Translations under genes and position numbers: made by a program
Shown here: positions 8,780 through 15,677 of the stretch, piece after piece
How positions within the stretch are numbered: the first letter of the stretch is position 1
How the letters are laid out: the number at the start of each line of letters is the position of its first letter
From: Desulfatiglandales bacterium
Lineage (GTDB): Bacteria > Desulfobacterota > DSM-4660 > Desulfatiglandales > B25-G16
Length of the DNA stretch: 64,000 bases
NCBI GenBank assembly: GCA_035527895.1
Contig: DATKZQ010000199.1
Span: 944 to 64,943, forward strand
Direction: 5' to 3'
Notes under the pieces: model-generated
What the model was told of the DNA's origin: nothing
Databases searched by the model: none
What the model saw: only the letters and a program-made list of their open reading frames with translations

Positions 8780-8807
8780 TTTAGTACTCCTTTATTATTT
8801 TGCGATG

Positions 8808-9503
8808 TTATGCATTCTCTTTTTTATCTGACTGATACTTCAATAAAGCATGCCTTAGATTTCTTACTTCTGCTACAAGGTAAGAGGTCTGGGTTGCAGT
8901 GGGGTCGTACTTTACGCCCCAAAAACCAAGGCTAAAATGTTCGAACTTACCTAAACCAGCTTCCAATCGGAAACTGGATACCCTCTTTAAACTCACGCCT
9001 GGTTCGGCCATATCAACTACAATATCACCAACTTGATATTGCCCTACGAGGAATTCGACCTCAAAAGATTGGCCTTTATTGATATGGGCTATTTCCAGGG
9101 TGGCAACGTTGTCCATTTTTTCTAAACTCAATTTTTTCCTATAAACGCCTAAATCTCCTATGTATCGGCCAACATATACCTTTGCATCATCGCCAAATCG
9201 AAAATACAATGTTATATTTTGAAGTTCAACGTTACCTGTATTACCAACCTTAATTCTTATCGTGCTAAGATCGGTTACTTGATTCGGACCCATAAAAACC
9301 TTTACAGGGACGCCAAAACCGGTCTCTAATTCCTCTTGGGTAGCATGAGATAATAAATTGCTTTCATTAACCAAAGACCAAATAATTTTCTTTTTCTTTT
9401 TGCTTATACGCTGAGTCAGAATTGTGAGCAAAACACCAAGCAAAAAAGTAACTCCCCAGCCTACAATTGTAATCCAGTCAGAGCTTTTTATATCAAAAGC
9501 CAT
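8808..9503 (-). CDS. Membrane-anchored protein with a beta-rich soluble domain (231 aa)
   Basis: One N-terminal TM helix (WITIVGWGVTFLLGVLLTILT) followed by KKKKK, which suggests a cytoplasmic C-terminal domain. GAGGG RBS. First gene of the three-gene unit. Confidence 0.55.
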   Translation of the reverse strand: MAFDIKSSDWITIVGWGVTFLLGVLLTILTQRISKKKKKIIWSLVNESNLLSHATQEELETGFGVPVKVFMGPNQVTDLSTIRIKVGNTGNVELQNITLYFRFGDDAKVYVGRYIGDLGVYRKKLSLEKMDNVATLEIAHINKGQSFEVEFLVGQYQVGDIVVDMAEPGVSLKRVSSFRLEAGLGKFEHFSLGFWGVKYDPTATQTSYLVAEVRNLRHALLKYQSDKKENA

Positions 9504-9975
9504 CTATACCCTCGTCATTTATGTGTTTGCATAACATTTACATATAAGGCAATTTTGCCTGATCCCAATATATCGGGATTGAACAAACAAACAGGCAAAT
9601 TTGCTTACTTTCAATATTCAACATAGTATTGTCTTTCTGATCGTAAAAAAACGATAAAATTGAAAATCTTACGGGCGCCCCGCTTTATGGCAAGAATAAC
9701 AATTTAAGCCACAAATTGTTTTGAAAATTGCGAGTCAAAAGCACACCTGGAGCCCTGTCAAAAAATCAAAAGAGTCAAACGGAGACTTGACCCTTTATCA
9801 AGCGAGAAGTAACGGGTGCGGAAAGGGAGGCGAAAACGAGGCCGAGCTGATGCGAGCGTCTGGGCCAAGCAGAAAAGGAGAACTTTTTTGGCAGGAGAGG
9901 TGTTTTTTCCCTTGACTCGCCCTTTAATGGTCGACCCCCATTTTAGATTTTTTAGGATTTTTTCAATTCTGCTAT

Positions 9976-10215
9976 TTATTCATCCCCACTTTCACTTTCC
10001 TCACTTCCGCCTCCACTTCTTTCACCCCTAGTTTCATCTTCAGAAAATGGATCAGGACGAGGAGTAGGAGGAGGATCAGGCCATGGTCGAGGTCTTTCCA
10101 GCTTTTCCGTCTTATCTATCTTGCGATCAGATTTTTCGACAAAGGATTCTATTTCCTCTATAATAATTGCAGCTCTCGATCTTTCTGGCTTTTCTTTGTC
10201 ATTATTTTCTGCCAT
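9976..10215 (-). CDS. Small acidic Pro-rich protein (79 aa)
   Basis: ORF lying 34 nt downstream of the SLATT-like gene on the same strand. Composition-biased (PRPWPDPPPTPRPDP and an acidic tail), so coding status is uncertain. Confidence 0.35.
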   Translation of the reverse strand: MAENNDKEKPERSRAAIIIEEIESFVEKSDRKIDKTEKLERPRPWPDPPPTPRPDPFSEDETRGERSGGGSEESESGDE

Positions 10216-10249
10216 AATTGTATTTCTCCTTATATTAATCTTAAGTCAA

Positions 10250-10726
10250 TTATAATCCTGTTGATTTTAAAACCTCATTATAACATTTTTCTAGCAACTT
10301 TGTTTTCACTGGCAAATCAGCCTCTTCTTTACTTGCTAGAACCTCCTTCTTTTTTGTATGTATAAATTCCTCTATTATTAGATCTTCACTTTTGCCATGA
10401 TTTAAAGAGAACCAAATGATTTCATAATCAATTTTAATTTGATGCCATTTTTGAGCCACGTTAGTTGTATTCTGTATCATTTTTGACCAATTTAGGATCG
10501 GAAGTGCAATAGCCATCAACGCTGAAATGCCGGATAATAATTTCCAAACAATTTGAATTTCACTCCATATATTCCAGCTTGCTACGGTTCCAGATGCCAT
10601 AATTCCTAAAAAAATCTTGTAGGCTTTTTCCCGTTGATTATAACGTCTCGCTAGGCTCGACCAATATCTGACATTCATATCAGCATCTAACTTCGAATCC
10701 CAAATATCTTTTTTCAATGAGTTCAT
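10250..10726 (-). CDS. Two-TM SLATT-like membrane effector candidate (158 aa)
   Basis: N-terminal RYWSSLARRYNQREKAYKIF is followed by two adjacent hydrophobic helices (IFLGIMASGTVASWNIW and WKLLSGISALMAIALPIL), then a helical tail. This layout resembles SLATT/DUF4231-type proteins. Confidence 0.45.
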   Translation of the reverse strand: MNSLKKDIWDSKLDADMNVRYWSSLARRYNQREKAYKIFLGIMASGTVASWNIWSEIQIVWKLLSGISALMAIALPILNWSKMIQNTTNVAQKWHQIKIDYEIIWFSLNHGKSEDLIIEEFIHTKKKEVLASKEEADLPVKTKLLEKCYNEVLKSTGL

Positions 10727-10757
10727 TTTTGGCCTCCTAATAAAAGCTCAGGAAAAG

Positions 10758-11134
10758 GGGACGTTGGTTCCAAAACGATTTAAAGATATTTCTCTACCTC
10801 TGGCAACTCATCAGAAACGGCTAATCGATTAGCAGCAGAAGTATTTATACCAAGAAAGCATGCGACATCCGCACAAGAATAACCCATTTTTTTACCGCTG
10901 TCTGACTCATAAGAGCCCAAGGGTAAACACTGAGGGCATCTGCCCCACAAAGAGCCCTCAAACGCTCAAGAGAATCCTCCCGAGCTTTGCTGTTGCTAAA
11001 TATCTTTACTCCACCAATGCCCAGACCCATCACATGATGTAAGGCACCGGGTGCATCAAGTCTTGGCTGTCTGGACATACAAAAAGCCTCACCCCTTTAT
11101 GCCATTTATCAAGTCGTTTTGGAACCTACGTCCC
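10758..11134. repeat. 21-nt inverted repeat pair flanking the transposase remnant
   Basis: GGGACGTTGGTTCCAAAACGA (10758-10778) is the reverse complement of TCGTTTTGGAACCTACGTCCC (11114-11134) with 1 mismatch. Confidence 0.8.
10845..11078 (-). pseudogene. Truncated IS200/RAYT-type (Y1) transposase fragment
   Basis: PRLDAPGALHHVMGLGIGGVKIFSNSKAREDSLERL...VYPWALMSQ matches the N-terminal third of REP-associated/IS200-like tyrosine transposases. The frame then decays and only 77 aa remain. Confidence 0.65.
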
Positions 11135-11161
11135 GTTTCATGTTACGTGTGCTTGTGCTCC

Positions 11162-12640
11162 TTATTGTCCATTGATCGATTCCATGATTTGCTTAAAACT
11201 CTCGACACCGGCTTCAAGGTTTTCGATGATCTCTTCAGCCAGCACATCCGGATCGGGGAGGTTATCCAGGTCGGCCAGGCTTTCGTCTCTGATCCAAAAA
11301 ATGTCCAGGCTGGTTTTGTCACGGGCCATGATCTCGTCATAGGTGAATTTTCGCCATCTCGCGTTGGGGTTGTCTTCTGTCCAGGTTTCTTGGCGTTTGT
11401 GCCGGTTTTCGGGATTGTAGCAGGCAATGAAATCCTTCAGGTCGTCATAAGTCATCTGGTTCTTCTTTTTGGTAAAATGGACATTTGTTCTAAAGTCATA
11501 AAACCAAACCTCTTTTGTCCACGGGTCCTTGCTGGCAGGCTTGTTTTCGAAAAAGATCACGTTGGCCTTGACCCCCTGGGCGTAAAATATGCCGGTGGGA
11601 AGCCTGAGAATGGTGTGCAGGTCGGTATTTTGAAGGAGTTTTTGTCGAACCGTTTCACCGGCTCCCCCTTCAAAGAGCACATTGTCCGGAACCACCACGG
11701 CCGCCTGGCCGGTGGTTTTGAGCATGGTGCGAACGTGCTGTACAAAATTGAGCTGCTTGTTGGAAGTGGTGGCCCAGAAGTCCTGCCGGTTGTATCGAAG
11801 ATCCTCCTTTTCCTGTTTGCCCTCTCCATTGGTGATGGTGATACTGCTTTTTTTACCGAATGGCGGATTGGTCAGGACATAGTCGTATCGGTCACCGGTA
11901 TCGGCAATCAGGGAATCATTGGGTGAAATGGTGGATTCACCGGTAATCTCCCCGATATTATGCAGAAACATGTTCATCAATGCCAGGCGGCGGGCATTGG
12001 CTACGATCTCGTTGCCGAAAAAGGTTTGATTCTTCAAAAAGATTTTCTGTCCCTTGTCCAGGTTGTAATTGTTTATTAAAAAATCATACGCCGCCAGAAA
12101 AAAACCACCTGTGCCGCAGGCAGGGTCGGCAATGGCTTTAGAAGGTTCGGGGCAGACACATTCGACCATGGCCCTGATCAGCGATCTTGGGGTAAAATAT
12201 TGTCCGGCGCCGCTTTTGACGTCTTCGGCATTTTTTTCAAGCAGGCCCTCGTAGATATCCCCCTTGACGTCCGCTCCCATCATGACCCAGTTTTCCGCAT
12301 CGATCATGTGAATAATCTTATAAAGCTTGGCCGGGTCCTGGATCTGGTTCTGAGATTTGACAAAAATCTGGCCGATCATGCCTTTCTGTTGGCCCAGTGC
12401 CCTGAGCAGCTTGATGTAATGGGATTCGAGTTCCGCCCCTTTTAGGGTTTTCAAGCTGCCCTAATTGTATTCAGCCGGGATGCCGACATCCTTTTTGTAA
12501 ATCCTGCTGTATTCATCGGCCATCTTGAGAAACAGCAAATAGGTAAGCTGCTCTAAATAATCGCCGTAACTGACGCCGTCATCCCGCAGAGTGTGACAGA
12601 AACTCCAGACTTTTGAAACGATGTTTGCGGTATTGTTCAT
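11162..12640 (-). pseudogene. hsdM: Type I R-M methyltransferase subunit HsdM, interrupted by one in-frame TAG (12461-12463)
   Basis: Carries the NPPFG motif (LTNPPFGKKS) and the AdoMet motif DPACGTGGF. The 59-codon N-terminal part (MNNTANIVSKVWSFCHTLRDDGVSYGDYLEQLTYLLFLKMADEY...) lies in the same frame upstream of the TAG. Its ATG overlaps the upstream stop (ATGA). Confidence 0.85.
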
Positions 12641-14085
12641 TTCGTTATTTTCTCTTTTGTTGAATAATATTTTTGTCTTGAGCTTGTCGGTTTCTCAGGA
12701 ATTGTCGGCTTCAAAATACCCTGTTTCAATAAAGGCTGGAGAATTGTTGCTCGAAAATGCTCTCGATGCTTCAGTCCCAGAAAGCCCATTATTTCAGAAG
12801 TTGATTTTGGGCTTCTACAAAACTCAATAATTTTTTCGCTCTTCTCGACCTGCTCGGCAACTTGCTCGGCAACTTGCTCGGCAACTTGCTCGGTGACTTC
12901 CGGGGTAACTTGCGGGCTAAGGGGGACGATGCATTTAAAAATATCTTCCTCTATCAGTTCAGGAGTCTTGCCATCGGAATAATGCCGGCAGTATTTAAAA
13001 AGATTTCTCACCCCGGAACCAAGCTCATCCGCGCGTCCGATTTCCTTGAAAAAACTGGCCATAACCGGGTTTTTGGGAAAGGGAGAAAAATTTGCGGGAT
13101 CGATCAATCCGTGTCCGTGGGGCTTGTTGCTGTTTTCAGCAAACAACCGGTTGGTTTCAATAATAAATTTTGCCGGGTAGGGATTTAGAAATTCACGGTG
13201 GATCAGCATGTTTGCAGCCACTTCCCTGAATATATGGTCTCTCAGGCTGATCCGCTGGTCTTTTTCCAGGAAGAATTTGTCCGGCAGATGTTTGGCCACA
13301 AATGCCATCAGGCGGTCATAACTCTCAATCAGGTTGGTCCGGATGTCATCGCGATCGTCGTACCTGTCTATGTTCTCCCGCCGAAGCAGAGCATCGGTGC
13401 GATGATGGGGCAGCACGGATAAAATGGCATTATCGTCTCCTAAAAGAAGGATTGCAGCTAGTGTAAAACCTTCCTTACCGCTTTGATAGTCCCTTTGAAA
13501 AAGCTGGGCGCTTTTGAGCAACTCGATATCCGACATACTGGCCCATGGATGCCCGGGTCTTTGATTGACAGCCAGCTTCCTTGCTTTGGCGATCAGGTCC
13601 GGGCGCAGGTTCTTCAAAGACACATAAGGATATGTACGATTTTCCGAATAGCTGGTCTGCTTTCGAATGTAAAGCTCTGTGACCAGATTGGTGTTGCTGG
13701 TGATATCAAGGTCTCCATCTTCATTGCGGTCATATATTTTACCATTGCAGCGGTGAACCTGGGAGCTTTCAGGGACAAAGAGGCGGATGATCCGTTTTCC
13801 TTGAATGGCCCAATTCTCGGGCGTCAGATAAAACGGCGGATTCAGCTTCTGAGGATTATTCAGGGCGGTTACAAGCTCGTTTTTGACCTGATCCACTGCT
13901 TCGGGGTCAATGCCCGTTATCTTTCCACTGTCACTCACACCAAGGAATAAATCTCCTCCATTGCGGTTTAAAAACGCGCAAATGCTTTCGAAAACATCTT
14001 TGCCCAGCTTATTCCGGCATTCTTTAAATTCGATGGAGATGCCTTCTCCTTTACGGATCTGATTTTTTATTCCGGCTTTGTTCAT
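12637..14085 (-). CDS. AlbA_2/Schlafen-like DNA-binding domain protein with RecG-like HATPase_c_4 and a C-terminal wHTH, embedded in the R-M operon
   Basis: N-terminus GEGISIEFKE...ICAFLNRNGGDLFLGV is the AlbA_2 signature. The central part is ANMLIHREF...GSGVRNLF. Both ends overlap neighbouring genes by ATGA. Confidence 0.65.
   Translation of the reverse strand: MNKAGIKNQIRKGEGISIEFKECRNKLGKDVFESICAFLNRNGGDLFLGVSDSGKITGIDPEAVDQVKNELVTALNNPQKLNPPFYLTPENWAIQGKRIIRLFVPESSQVHRCNGKIYDRNEDGDLDITSNTNLVTELYIRKQTSYSENRTYPYVSLKNLRPDLIAKARKLAVNQRPGHPWASMSDIELLKSAQLFQRDYQSGKEGFTLAAILLLGDDNAILSVLPHHRTDALLRRENIDRYDDRDDIRTNLIESYDRLMAFVAKHLPDKFFLEKDQRISLRDHIFREVAANMLIHREFLNPYPAKFIIETNRLFAENSNKPHGHGLIDPANFSPFPKNPVMASFFKEIGRADELGSGVRNLFKYCRHYSDGKTPELIEEDIFKCIVPLSPQVTPEVTEQVAEQVAEQVAEQVEKSEKIIEFCRSPKSTSEIMGFLGLKHREHFRATILQPLLKQGILKPTIPEKPTSSRQKYYSTKEKITK
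12850..12921 (-). repeat. In-frame 12-nt tandem repeat (6 units, 4 near-perfect)
   Basis: CTGCTCGGCAAC, TTGCTCGGCAAC x2, TTGCTCGGTGAC, then two decayed units. It encodes VTEQ(VAEQ)x3V inside 12637..14085. Confidence 0.85.
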
Positions 14086-15677
14086 TCTTTCTTCATCTTC
14101 TTTGATCGCGATTTTTCCCGACCTGTCGCAAGGGCTTTTTCAGCCTTGATTCGTTCCAGCAGCTTTTCAGCCGAGTTTTCACCGAAAATCAGCTCCGGGT
14201 GCTTTTTCCGCCATTCTCTTGTCAATTCTCCCTCAAATGCCTTCTTCAATATGCTCTGCCGCAGGGCTTCTGCTTTCTTAAAGCTGTCTTCAATGGTTTG
14301 TTCAATTTTGTCGCAGACGGACAGACGGGATTCGATTTCAGAGACGATAAAATTTATTTCCATTTTTGAACATAATGGTATCGGTATATTTGAAACATCT
14401 GCAAGCGAAAGGTTGGCTCTTGCGAAATCGACCTTTTTTGAATTGTAAAATTTGTTTGCGGAAGAAGTATTTAAAAATATAGAAATAAATTCTTTTAGGT
14501 TTTGGTCCGCAAGTCTTATGAGAGATACAGCTTGATTAATGTTCGCACTTAGTTCAAGAGCATAAATTGCCGCTCTGCCGATGGAAGCCCCAACAATATT
14601 TAGCAGGATATCTCCATTTTGGAGGACCGAATTTCTTTGTTTTAAGCTAAACGCATTTTCCAAATACTTTGGATTATCTATATCGATGTAATTGTTTCTT
14701 ATGTTTTCGCTTGTTATAAATAGAACTTGGGTAGGATCAGTAACATATTTAAATCCTTGCCACTTTGGAGAGGCCCCCTTTGTAATTAAATAAGATAAGT
14801 CTCCAAGTTTACACCACTCCCACTTCCTCGGCAGCTCCGGTAATTCTTTTAATTCTGTATCCGTAAGCGGCGGCAGTTCCTTTGGTCTTTTAGGTCTAGC
14901 GGGTTTCTTCTTGCCTTCTTTGTTTGCCAGTTCGCAGGCCTTTTCCCAATCTTCCACCTGTTTTTTATAATGCTTTTCACTCTCTTTCCGAATGCGCTCC
15001 AGAAGATTTTCCGCTGGTTCCGGCGGGTTTCCCGCCTGTATCTGTCGGGTGCGCCATTCTTTGCTGAACCTGCCTTCAAAGGCATATTTCAGCACGGCCT
15101 GGCGGTATGTTTTCAACTGTCCCCGGGCTTTTTTCAGGTTTTCGATGCCGTTATCCAGTTCAGAAAAGAGTTCCTCGATTTTGGCTACGATTTGGTTTTG
15201 TTCGGGTAGGGAGGGTAAAGGGAAAGGAAGCTTTCCAAATGCGGTGCCAGATATTTCACGAAAAGTTGTGCCCGAGGCTCTTTCTTCCGCAATATATTTG
15301 GCGGCCTTCAAATAGTAATATACATATTCATTAAATACACCTTGAGCTGGCACAAGACTCTTGAAACCTTGATTCGTACTTAGTGGCTGAGAACTGATAG
15401 CCACATATCCAATAGGTGCCCTTGAAGAGAAGTGAATGCTGCCTGCTGGCATTAGCTTCGCTGAACTTTTGGCAAGACCTTGATGCGTAAGGCTCTTAGC
15501 TCCTCTGGCGATAGTTTTTTTTGTGTAACCGGTAAGGTCGGCCGGTGAAATCCAGTTAATATCATCGCCCCAGTAAGACATCTCTTTGGTTGATGGTGTT
15601 CCACCTGAAACAATGTCGCCAAGAGATTTTATTTCTACCCATTTCCAGATTTGAGGTATGTTCCAGGGCTCCTTCAT
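14082..15677 (-). CDS. hsdS: Type I R-M specificity subunit HsdS (two target-recognition domains)
   Basis: Repeated TRD/conserved-helix architecture. GDIVSGGTPST...APIGYVAI...NQGF occurs in the first half, with an analogous second half and coiled-coil spacers. Confidence 0.85.
   Translation of the reverse strand: MKEPWNIPQIWKWVEIKSLGDIVSGGTPSTKEMSYWGDDINWISPADLTGYTKKTIARGAKSLTHQGLAKSSAKLMPAGSIHFSSRAPIGYVAISSQPLSTNQGFKSLVPAQGVFNEYVYYYLKAAKYIAEERASGTTFREISGTAFGKLPFPLPSLPEQNQIVAKIEELFSELDNGIENLKKARGQLKTYRQAVLKYAFEGRFSKEWRTRQIQAGNPPEPAENLLERIRKESEKHYKKQVEDWEKACELANKEGKKKPARPKRPKELPPLTDTELKELPELPRKWEWCKLGDLSYLITKGASPKWQGFKYVTDPTQVLFITSENIRNNYIDIDNPKYLENAFSLKQRNSVLQNGDILLNIVGASIGRAAIYALELSANINQAVSLIRLADQNLKEFISIFLNTSSANKFYNSKKVDFARANLSLADVSNIPIPLCSKMEINFIVSEIESRLSVCDKIEQTIEDSFKKAEALRQSILKKAFEGELTREWRKKHPELIFGENSAEKLLERIKAEKALATGREKSRSKKMKKE

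Larger units (their letters stand above)
368..9535 (-). mobile_element. Integron-type gene-cassette array with no integrase in the window (CALIN-like); attC-bounded units resume at 18451-19092
   Basis: At least 9 same-strand AT-rich ORF units are each followed by a GC-rich imperfect palindrome. On the plus strand each palindrome is bounded by xxxTAAC ... GTTAxxx boxes, and the GTT box abuts or overlaps the ORF stop (e.g. 5186-5192, 7340-7346). No tyrosine-recombinase ORF is seen in the six-frame track. Confidence 0.7.

Noticed and set aside
9529-9722. Full attC starting at GCATAAC (9529) and ending at GTTTTGA (9716-9722)
   Set aside because: It would be 194 bp and AT-rich, and the sequences next to the two boxes do not pair (ATTTACATATAAGG versus AATTTGTGGCTTAA). 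Only the single box is credible.
10727-11161. Split attC formed by the 21-nt inverted repeat around the transposase remnant
   Set aside because: One side has an acceptable box (GTTACGT, 11142-11148), but the expected partner box next to 10758 is GGAAAAG/TGAGCTT-like with no AAC/GTT core. The arms are 335 bp apart. A RAYT with a flanking REP pair explains it better.
11051-11926. 291-aa plus-strand ORF
   Set aside because: It lies entirely antisense to hsdM, which has unambiguous NPPFG and AdoMet motifs. It has no recognisable motifs of its own. This is the typical shadow ORF of a GC-biased coding region.
12850-12921. Possible CRISPR or mini-satellite
   Set aside because: The units are 12 nt with no spacers and sit in-frame inside a well-supported ORF, so this is a coding tandem repeat. 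No CRISPR-like repeat-spacer pattern was seen anywhere in the window.
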